Below, in pieces: positions 47,801-59,800 of a DNA stretch of 64,000 bases. The stretch is from a virus: the IMG/VR virus record IMGVR_UViG_3300025084_003207, positions 1 through 64,000 of that record. One strand, given 5' to 3'. Both the position numbers and the translations under genes were made by a program. The stretch's first letter is position 1; each line of letters starts with the position of its first letter. Below the pieces are notes generated by a model. It had not been told where the DNA came from. It did not search any database and saw nothing but the letters and a program-made list of their open reading frames with translations.

Positions 47801-50800
47801 TTCTAGTGTTGCCAATTTTGATTGTTCTGCTTTGTGATGGTATGTAATTATCATAAGACACTGAGAATACATTGCTTGTTGCTGTTGCACCAGGAGCCTC
47901 AATGGTTATATATTGTTCGCCATCGCCTTCTATGTTATCTATTAAATTAACAAAATCCACTACAACAAAACTATTACCTGATAATACATGTCCTACTTGA
48001 CTGTGAGAGAATGTAATATTTGCACCAACTGATATGCCTCTCAATCCATTTGGCAATTCAATATTTACTAAACCTTCGCTACTTGCATTTGTAGATGATA
48101 CTACTAATTGGTTATCATCTACTTTTCCAATATTATGATCTTTACTATAGAATCTAGTTGCTTCATATATGTCTAGCATTAACTCGTCATTGTTAAATGA
48201 TGTTCCTAGATCTTTCTCAAAGTACATTACTGGCTTACCGTCAGTGGTAGTGAAATTTTTATCAAAATCTAAATCTGTTATTTTGTTAAAAGTAACATCA
48301 GTGTTACCACCTAGTGAATAAATATTTTCAGGATCATATATACTTCCTGTCATCCCAGGTACAGCATATCCTCTAGGAAGTGTCATAATATGTAAGTTTG
48401 CATTTCCTGTAAGTGATGCTGTTAAATTTGTTGTTAGGCTTGTAGGTGCAGTAGCATGATTAATCATTATTGCATTTTCAAGTACTGCATTAACAATATA
48501 AGTCTGGCCATTTACACTTGCTGTATCTACTGAGCCAGTATTTAATGTAATGTTATCGCCTGGTTCAAATACATGTATATTTGCAGGTACGTGAATTGTT
48601 CTTGTAGTTACCGTGTTTGTTGATGCAGTTCCTTCTATGATTGGTAGTCCGTATGTTAAGTACTTCATACTACTTAATTCTGCTGTAGGTATTACATTTG
48701 TATTTGCTAATTTAACTGTAAATGTATTTTCTGTTACTGCTCTAATTCTAAATTCAGTATTATTAATTCCGTTAGCAGAACCACTGGTGTTTACAAAAAT
48801 TGTGTCGTTTACACTTAATAGATTATTTGGCTTATTAAATACCAAATGCGGTCCATGTGCAGACGAAACAATTATTCCTAAACTATTTTTTTGAGTTTCA
48901 TTGATTGCATAAGTTCCGACATTATCTGATATACTTTTTGGTATAATTGCATAATTTGTCTGAGTATTTGCTACAACAATATTACCTGTTAATACAGAAT
49001 TAGCACCGTGAACAGTATCAGCAAATCTCAAAATATTATTGTCTACTGCTTCTGTATCCATAAACATTTTATGCTGTGGTTCAACTACATGTACATCTAC
49101 TGCTACATTAACATCAGAGACGTTAATTTGTTTTGAACTTACTCCAGTGTGATTCAGTGGCAAGTAATCAAATGCTATATCTAAATTACTACCAAAAATT
49201 GAATCTAACGATACATTTGCTGATTGATTTATGCCTACATAGAATGTTCCTGCAGAACCTATTTGTGTAGGTAATGTACTAATGTAACCTAAAGTATTTC
49301 CAGAGTTCAAAGAACTTGAATTACTCTTTGGTTGTAATAGTACTGCTGAATAACCATTATCAGTAGTAGATTTTTCTACTGGTGATGCATAGTCATTTGC
49401 TAACACTTGCTTGTTTTTATTTTCATCAACTTGATAAATGATTGCATTTAAATTATTTGTAGTATCATTTGTGGTAAATGTGTTATCACTATTATCTATT
49501 GTGATACTAGACTGTCCTACAGAAGCAATTTTTCTATCTACAATTTGTGGTATATTTCCAGAATCATCTTTAATAGCCACTCTCAAGTTTAATAATTCAT
49601 TTTTAGTTGTAGGAGCAAGTGTATATTTGAATTTTGCTCCATGCACTATTACTAAAGGTATTGCAACATCAAAATTATTATGACCCGGATATGCTGTTAA
49701 GCCATTTTCAAATCCTAAATTCAATACAATTTTATTGTCTGCGCCTTGCGATAAAACATTCTTTACATCTTCGCCCCACCATTCAAACGGATATGAACCG
49801 CCATTTATATGACTGGGTCTAAGTTTATTTGTTAATAACGACCCTCTTATTTTTTTAGGTTGCGAAGAATGTACTTGTATAATATTTCCATTAGGGTCAG
49901 TCCAAATCAAATTATTGTCTTTAGAATCTATTACTGATATAACTTTACTAAATGACATAGGATGCAAATCAGAAAAATCAAGTTTTAATCTATTTTTGTC
50001 AGTTTTATCAACTAATTTTGATGATACAGTAGAAATAGATAATTGTTTTTCTACATCGCCAATTATATTAAACGCCTCATGCTGACCAAAATGTCTTGGT
50101 ATAAGATCTAATTTACTTGTAACCTCACTTCCGTTTCTTGCTTGTAATTCGATGTACATTCCGTCTAGTGATGGATTTTCTTGTGTAAATGTGAAGTTTT
50201 CTATCCACCATGCTGAATCAAAGTTTTCTGTTTTAGATAGCATCTCGTATGCATTATTAACAAACTCTGATGAGGACGTATCTCCTTGAACACCTGTTTG
50301 CCTTAGTAATTCTCGTAAGCCTTGATCTGTTACATATCTAAATTCTAAGTCTAACTCCACACCATCTATTGATCTTAAAGATTCTGGTATACCCGTAAAG
50401 TCAGTTTCTAATGATATTTGATTTTGACTTGTTGGTAATCCTAAGCCTAGGTATACTGGCTTGTTGTTGTAATTAAATAATTTACTTGGATCGTTACTTA
50501 ATATGTTTTGTTCTTCTGGTGTTTTTTCACTGTCGTTAAATAATACTCTAGCAAACTCTCCTGCACCGTTATCTCTAAAGAATAAATCAACTGTGTTATT
50601 AGTTGTATCTCTTAATGTATGAACAGGGAATCTAGTTTGCATTGTTCTAACTGCATCTTCTACATCTATAATAACAGTATTTCCATTTATTTTAAATGGT
50701 CTTTCTGAACCTGACACACTTGGTATAACGCCTGTGCTGGTATTGGAATTCATATATTGAACATTACCAAATCCGTAGTTTCCTAAATTACTAGTTTCAA

Positions 50801-53800
50801 AACCAGATAATGTTAATGCGTTACTTGTTAAATTTGAAATACTTCCTGTTCTTGTTTCTTTAGACCCAGTATATACAACTGCTGTTCTACCTGCTGTATT
50901 ACTAGTAATCGAAGGATCATAAATTTGTATAAAGTTACCATCGTTACTTTGAACTGGATACACATTACCTGAATAATTGCCAGTGCTGGTAAATTGTACA
51001 AAGTCACCTTTATCAATAATTGCAGAATTGGCTCCAGCAAGTGTGCTATTACCTTTACCATCAATGTTACCAAATGCGGCTAATGTTATTTCATTAAAGC
51101 CTGATCTTGTTATTGTGGCTGTTTGTGTTGTAACATTACTAGAAATTTCAAATGTTTTATCTGAAGAATTCCAATTAGCAACTGTGTAACTGTAATCATC
51201 TACATAAAAATCATTTGTATTTGTAATTCTTTCTCCGCTCATTAATGAGAAGTCTATATCTAAACCGTTTGATATGTAACTAGAAATATTTAAATTATAC
51301 TCGTCTGCTACTTCTAGCAATACAGTACTTGTTCCAGAAAGTCCTTTAACTTTCATATTCACATTAAATTCTAAATCTGATTCATATGCAACATAACAAT
51401 CTGAATTAATAGATGCATAATCTGTTCCTGTTACATTTGCTTCATTGATTGTGAAGAAACCTTTTGAAGGATCATCGACATCTACAGCACCCGGGTTACC
51501 GCCAAGTCCTCTTTCACTTATACCTGTTACAGTATATGCTTTACCAACTGTTAAATTTGCGGCGGTGGCCTGTGTACCTGTAAATCTGACTGTATCTCCA
51601 ACACCTAATCCTGCTAACGAATTAGGAGATATTAATACTGAATTTGCATGAGCATTTGGTAAATTATCTTTAACAACACTTGCTCTAGTAAAAAAGTCTA
51701 AACCAGGCGCAGGGTGGGATCTTTCAGCATATATTCTTGCCATGTAATTAGGATCTTTGTACGGCTCCACTTTGGTGATAGGCCTTGTATACCCTGGCTC
51801 AATTTTTGTAATGCCTCTGTTTATTTTCTTTAATGGTCTATAGTCGCCTTTGTAAACTGTTCTTGGAGTAAATACAAAATTCTCATTGCTCCACTCTAAT
51901 ACAGTATCTGACAAGTTTGTATTTTTAAGTACAATTACATTGTCATAAAAATTTGCATTTGTTTTATCGCCTAAAATATTTCCATCTGTCCATTTAGAAA
52001 GTCGTTGATCTGAAAATAACATTGCTCGGCCATTTACATTATCAATGTAATTTTTAGCACCTGATACGTTTCCTGTTGAATTTTCTATTCCATGTTTTTT
52101 GAGATTGAACACATTCCAATCTTCATTTTCTGATTTACCTAAATGCAAGTAATCGTTTTCTTTTGGTATATTAACTTTACCAGAGCCAATTAGGTTTGCA
52201 AAATAGGACAAGTCAATACTTTCCCAATCCACTTTGTTTCTGTTTACATAACCTGCATTTGGTACTATATAGTCTTCCTTGTTATCTCTGTACCACAACC
52301 CGTCTTGCAACGAATTGGTTGGTCTCTTCAACATAGTATCAGGATCATCTATGTCAATTGTAATTTTATTATCTGTTAAAATATCAGGAGTACGTTCGTA
52401 TGTACGTTTACTAATTGTATTTGCAATAAGTGTATCGTTTGCAACACTTTTAATACTTAAAACTTTGCCTGGTACATCTGCTGTAAACGTATTATTAAAT
52501 TGTACTGAACCACTTTCAACAACTGTAATGTTAGAGCCAATACTGAAATTATCTGTGTATAAAGACGCATTACTAAAACTTATTGTAGTTGTGGTTGAAT
52601 TATTTGTTAATGTAAATGCATCATAGTCCGGTGAATTTTTGATTCTTTTTCCGTCAATATAAATTTCTGCAAATGGATATAACCCATCAATTTGAGTAAT
52701 ATTTTCGTCTTCAAATTTGTTTTGTCCACCTATTTCAATACTAAATGCATTGTTAGGATTTATGTTGTAATCGTTGACAACTGATGCATTTGCTGTTATA
52801 ATAGTTCTAGCACCTCTATCATATGACCAATATGTTGCACCTACATTATTGCCGTCTACACTAACAATTATATCGTTTGATGTTGTGTTATTTGCAGATC
52901 TTATCGGGAATCTCTGAGTAGGCTGATATCTACCTGCAGGTATATTTAAAACTGCAAGAGTTGTACTATCAGAACCACCAGATAATTCTACTTCACTAAT
53001 TGTGAAATCGCTACCTTTTATGAACAGTCTGTTGTCGCCACCAGTTCCAAGTACTGTAACATTTGCTTGTATATAATCTGTTGAAAGATTGCTATCTGAA
53101 AATGGCTTTGTTAGTCCAGTTGTGTTAAGTGGTATCTGTAATGCTGGATCAGTGTATAACTTAATCTGTGTATTACTTGCACCTCGTTCTGCATAATAAG
53201 AATTGTTGTATGCAGTTAATTCTGTAAAGTAACTAACATTATGAGTGCCTAATCCTGTAATTGTGCTGTAATTAAACTCGACATTTACTAAGTCTGCTTC
53301 TGCACTTCGATATGCTCCAACTGATTGTAAGTGAGTATCTACGCCACTTACAGATTCATTGTACCATGAAGTAGCATCAACATTTGCAGTTAATTGCTCG
53401 TTTGTGTATAATTCGTATACAGTTGTGTCAGCAGTTGCTTTTACAAAATATGTTTGATTAAGTATGTTTGATGTAAGCACAGTATATGGTTCATGATTAA
53501 CAAAGGTTAATGTATCACCATTTTGTAATGGCGTAAATCCTGTCTTAGTTGTTAATGTCACTGTAGCAGGGTTAGTATTTGTTATTGAATCTACATTACT
53601 AAATGTCAAAGTCGATGCACCATTTGTAATAATAGATGCATTACTGCCTACTGGTGTATTGATTTCTATTGATGTGTTCGAAGTAACCGTTGCTCTATCT
53701 GTTGCTATTCTAGTATTGGAACCAGCCTTGGTAATTTGCGACACAAGATGCTTTTCTGCTTGAGTGTCAATATCGCCGTATGCAACAATATTTGCTATAT

Positions 53801-56800
53801 TGGCATCAGTAAATTCTCTATTAAGTACCTCAACTACACTATCAATGCTTCTTTCATTGCCTAAGTAAATGTCTAAATTACTTGATGTTGTGTGGTCATA
53901 AATGTTTACATTTGTTAATGCATTTGCACCGCTTAATGGTAAATCAACAGTAGCATTACTACCTGCTAATCCATATGCTAATACATCACTGAATTGAGAA
54001 ATTACAATATTACCTGTAATAACTGCTACATTTGGTTTACTTGAATACCCGTCACCACCTGATGTAATTGTAACACTTTCTAATTGAGCATTGGCATAAA
54101 GTTTTGCTGTTGCTGTAGCGGCGTTACCGTTTGTTGGTGGATCAATTTCAATTGTTGGTACATTGTAGTATGTTGTATTTCTTTCAAATACAAAAATATT
54201 TGATACTGCACCAGTAATATTTTCAGGATATATAATTTCTATTTGCTGATTATCTCTGGTAAATTTGTCTTGTTCTAATTTTATATCCATACTTTGATGA
54301 TTATAAACATCACCAAATTCGCCACGTTTGATTGCCCATTCTTCAAAAATCTCAATGTTTTTATTTGTGTTTACAACATTAGATCTAATTAAACTTGTAA
54401 GTGAATTGGCAGTACCTTTCTGATTTATTAATCCTTTATAGTACTGGAAGCCAATTGTGTCATCTATTTTGATATCAGCATATTCATTAGTTGTTTGATA
54501 TCCTAACAATCCTTTTGCTAGTTGTGATTTTAGTGGGTCTAATTGTATAGCATCTTTGTCGTGGTACAAACGTATGCTGTCTATTAATGTATCAAAGTTT
54601 GGCAATACTGCATCACCAACAATAACTAGACCTTCTGCTTGATATCTGCCGTCCCAATTTCTGCTTCGTTGAGTATTTACTTCTAGCCTGTCTTGTCTTA
54701 TTCCAAGAACATTGTCATTTATCACGTCATTGAAAACTGTTTTGTTGTTAATTACAAAAGCATGTTCAACTAATTCTGTATGCAATAACATGCCGTATAT
54801 TCTGTTGTCAATTGGAGAAACAGTAATTGTATTATCCTCTCTGACAATTGAACAATCTTCGGGTATAATTGCTTTGCCGTTTTCGTCTAATATAGAATAT
54901 TGATCATTGATCTGTCTACTAATTTTTGATATTTTACCTGATGTACTAACAAATTTTAATGTTTCTGCTAGAGGACTTAGTTTTACACTTTCGCCTACGT
55001 CATGATCTTCTGTTGACCAAAATAAGAATCTTCTTCCTGCAAGTACCCAGTCATTCATGCTATTAATACTGCTATCAAATTCGCCAAAGTCGAAACCGAT
55101 ATCTTTTTGTTTTCTTCCTAAACTTATAAGGAAATCAAATACTTGTTGAACACTTTTGAATACGGTGTCGTAATAAACTTTTTCTGTGACACCAGTACCT
55201 AATTGATAAACTGTACCTGATGCTCCGCCTATTGTAGGCAATGACGGTATTTGTGTCCATTGGGCAGTATCAAAAGCACCTGCTGATATATTTTCTTTGG
55301 CTATGTAATAAACACTACCTAATTTTACAATCTCGTCTTTTAAGTAAGATAAGCCTGTTTCAAATATACTAAAGTCTGCAGGAGAGCCGCCTTCTTGGAC
55401 TCCTTCCAACGGGCCTGCAAAATCACTAGGTATAATTTCAAAATATTGTAATACTGTATCAAAGCCTGAGACACTATATCCTTCTGCTTGTTTTGTAATT
55501 TTTACACCAGTATAAAAGTTTCTACTGTTATAAGGACTTGTATGCAAGTTTACTGTTACATCTTCTTTAGGCAATACCTGACTTGCACTAAATCCATCTG
55601 TGCTTATGCTTTCACTAAAAACCTTAAGTTGTTTGCTGTTTACAAATCCTGCAAACTTATGACCTAGCCTTGTGTCTAAAGTTTTAACAGGATTTCCTAT
55701 TTCAACATTTATATTTAATGAGTAAAAAGTCAAATATTGATATAGCAAGGTTGTATAACCCGGTCTCAGTGTAATAACATTATCAGTAGATCTGTAACCA
55801 TGTGGGTCAAAGTTTTGCCTTAATTTTCTTTTACCTGTAGTTTTATCAACTAGTTGCTCAGGATGAACTGTTAACCTTTTGAGATTTCTCTTATCATAGA
55901 ATAGTTTAGTAAACTCTCCTGGTCTAGACAGGTATAGCATTTCCAAGATTGCAAACGGATAGTAACTGCTTTTTCTCCAAGCATATTCTACCGGGCCAAT
56001 GTCGCCAAATGCCCATTGATTGTCAATGTCAATAGAATCTGCAGTAAGCGATGTATAAATTATTTCTTTAGGTGATCTTAAATTACCCGATGAATCAACT
56101 GGCAAGTAACTGTAAATTGTAGGTCTTGCCCAACGTTTCCAGTATCCTTTTCTACTTCCTGCTGGTATATATCCGTCTCTGACATTATTCCAAAATGCTG
56201 TGTATGAACTTGTTATTGCTGTTGGATACTCAGTGTCCCACCATGATGGTTTTTTACAGTAACCAAACATTTCCCACGGTGTAACAGTAGGTGTTTGTGT
56301 ATCATAGTAGTAATCATACACGCCTCTCCAGTACCCTGGTTCTGCAGGACCACTTGCATAATTCCATGTAAATTCATTTGTGCTGTCGAAAACAGAATTT
56401 GTTCTGTAGTCAACCTTGTTTTGTTTGTTCCATTTATTGAAGTTTGTGTTCAATAATGTATTGTATTCAACTAAACTAAAATCAGTTTCACAGAAGAAAC
56501 TTGGCTTTATTTCATATTCATTAAGTTCTATGTTTTCGCAATTTCTATATTCTTCTTCTATATTACTGTAAACAATTTGTTCAAATGCTAATATAATATC
56601 ATCGATTTTGTCGTTTTGCCTAATAACATAACTACCATCGTGACACAAAATTACATCCTTATCAACTTGATACGATGTGTCGGTCATAAACTGAGGTTGG
56701 AATGCTCTAAACATTCCTAGTTTAGATAAACTTGCTGGTACATCTGCAGATTCGCTGTCCTCGTAAATTCTTAAATTTAATGTGTCATTTTCTGCCAATG

Positions 56801-59800
56801 TTATATTATTGTCTAATGTTATATCGAATGGCAAGTATGAATTTACGGTATAATCTTTATCTGCACATAAAACTGTATTATTATGTTGCAATATATGTAA
56901 GTTTTTATCTAATGAAATATTTGCTGTATTACTGAATGTATACTCTTGTAAACTCACATTACTGATTGAAATTTCTTCATTGGTGTAATCTGCGCCAATT
57001 GGAATCATGTAAGATAAATCAAAGCCGCCGGAAGTGACTTTACTAGATTTTAAAGTCTTTAATACTGTGTCTAATATTTCTAAATTTGTTTGATCTAAAT
57101 AGTCATTATTGTTAAGATAAACTTCTAAACCTGATATAAATTTATTTTTAAAATTGTTGTACTGATCATTACCAAATCTTAATGCATTGATTAAATTTCT
57201 GCTTTCGTTCTTACTGAAATACATGGAATGCAGTAAATCAGAATCAATTTGACCAATGTTGATATCATTGATATTAAATGTTTTACTTGTATCTTTGTAA
57301 TTGTTATTACCAGTTACTTTACCGCTAAAACCTTCCTGCCCTAGTAATAATTTATTTCCATGGCCTACAAGGTCACTTAATCTTGTTTCTGTAATTTCAG
57401 TGTTTAACGGATTATATTTTATTGCACTTGGAATTTCAAAATATCCATATGCATCAATAGACGTTTTTCTTTCGCCCTTAGTAAATGTTCTAACATTAAT
57501 TACATCAGTATCTTTTAAAGTCACTGCTTCATTGAATGTAAAATTAAAAGTTGCATCAACTCCGTGTCCGTTATTAGATGCTGTATTAATAATTGATGTG
57601 ATATTTCCAGGATGGCCAACTAGTTCGCTGTAAAGGCCGTAGTTTGACACAGAAATAGTTTTGATCTGTCCGCCACCGTTACTGATATTTCCACTATATG
57701 CTTCGGCATCAGTGACAGTTATTGCAACATTACTGCTACTTCCTGGTATACTTAATGTCAATACATCACCGACTTCATAACCTAAACCTGGGTTATTTAA
57801 TGATACATCTTTAAGAGTAGGATTTAATACAATACCTGTACTGCTATTTCTAATTGCAAAATCTTCGTTTAGTGTGAGAACAGTATCATTAATTTTAACA
57901 ATAATATCATTGTTGTAAGGTGTTGCACTTGTTGTGAAAAATTTATCTGTTACATTGATTTTATCAATTAAAATTACATCTTCTACATATTGTTTAGAAT
58001 ATAATGAATGCTCATCCTCATAAAATTTAAAATTACTAATATCAAAATTACCAGCAGAAATATTTGCATTTGCTACAAAATATTGATCATTGTATTTTAC
58101 TACTTCATTTGTGAAATATGTTTCTACATTACTAAAGTCTCTATATTGATCTGGTGTACTTATTGGATGCCAATTGTTTCTAAATCTTGTATTGTCATTG
58201 CCTTTATAATCTTGTTGTAAATCTTTATAAAAAAGATATCCAGATATTGTAGATGCGTTTGCTAATAAATTTGCTTTGTATGTTACAGTATGATTACCTA
58301 AATGATTAAAAAATGTAGGTTCACTGCTAAACTTACTTGTTTGATAAACAACATTCGCACCTAAATCTGCATCATACGATGTCTGCTTGGTACTTGTTTT
58401 ATCAGTATTATATGTAAATATAGGACAACCTTTAAAATCACTATACGGATATTTTGCAGGATCATCTACTTTAACTCCTTCTGAGTCATATAAATTAAAT
58501 AAAGGCTCTTGGTTAATTTGTATCTTTTGCTGTGCTTGTCGCCATGCTGTGCCAGTCCAGTAGTAATCTAAACCTATGTTAGTTCCTGTAATACTGTACA
58601 CATGACCGTTAGTGACAATTAAATTACTTAGAGAAGTGTCTTCACTAAATTGAATTGTACCGCTATTATCTTGTATTCTATAAATTTTTTGTGCTATTGC
58701 TGTATCGTCTTGTGGGAAAATTATACTGGCATTTGCAGTACCTGATGCACTATTGATTGGAAAGCCTATTGCTAATCCTTCTAGATCTTCTTTTTTCTTA
58801 TCTGCAATTATGTCTATTTTAGATATAAAGGAGTTACCCCAGTTATGTAATTCTATATCTCTGTCGAATTCTAAAATAGGTCGTGTTGCTCGTTGAGCCG
58901 CATCTGGTAAAGCAAACCCTGTTGCATTATCTTTAAGTGGTTCCCTTAATTCGTTTACATGCCACCAGTAATTTAATCTGCTCCATGGATTTCTATTTTT
59001 TGAACCTTTTTCTATAACCATGTAATCGGGTTGGTTCTGTGTTGATTCTGAACCCCATGGTGCTGTGCCCCAACCGTAAACTGTATCGTTATTCCATTGT
59101 AGTTCTGGTACTATGTATGTTTGATGGAAATCGTCTAATGCAAAGTTTTTATCCCATTGCACACTATCGGGTAATAAGTAGTTAGACTCCGCTTCAACAT
59201 CTAGATAAACAACATTACCTGTTCGTTGTGCATTGTTACCTAAATACTTTACATTGGCTGACACGGCATCGCCTACTTTAAGTTCAATATTACCAATGTA
59301 CAGTCTAGAATTGTTATGTACAGATGCATTGGCGGCTCCTGACGGTACGCCGTCTGCTAAATTTCTATAGTACTCTTTGAAATCGCCGCCTGGTGTATCA
59401 ACAAAGTCTTCTGGTAAATTTGTTTCTAGATTATAATATGATTGCGAATTTGCCTGAGTATATGTTATTGATATTGATCGCTCTAAAGGAAAATCATTAA
59501 ATTCCGCATAAGCAGATGTAGAATCACCTGGCAAAATAAATTGTATTCCTTTACCTACGCCTGTTACAATATAAGTAGTATCTTTAGTTAGTACACTGGT
59601 GTTTGAAATATGATCACCTGTGAATTTAATAACCATCTCATTTCTAAGTGTTTGCCCTGCCGGTGACGTGTAATTTTTTAATCCAACAATGTAATCTATA
59701 TTAATTTGTACAGAGGAATTACCCTGTATTTCAGTGACTTCTGGTCCTGTTGGGTACCAATAGTAATCCTGATAGTTTATAAGTTTGTCTATGTTTATTG

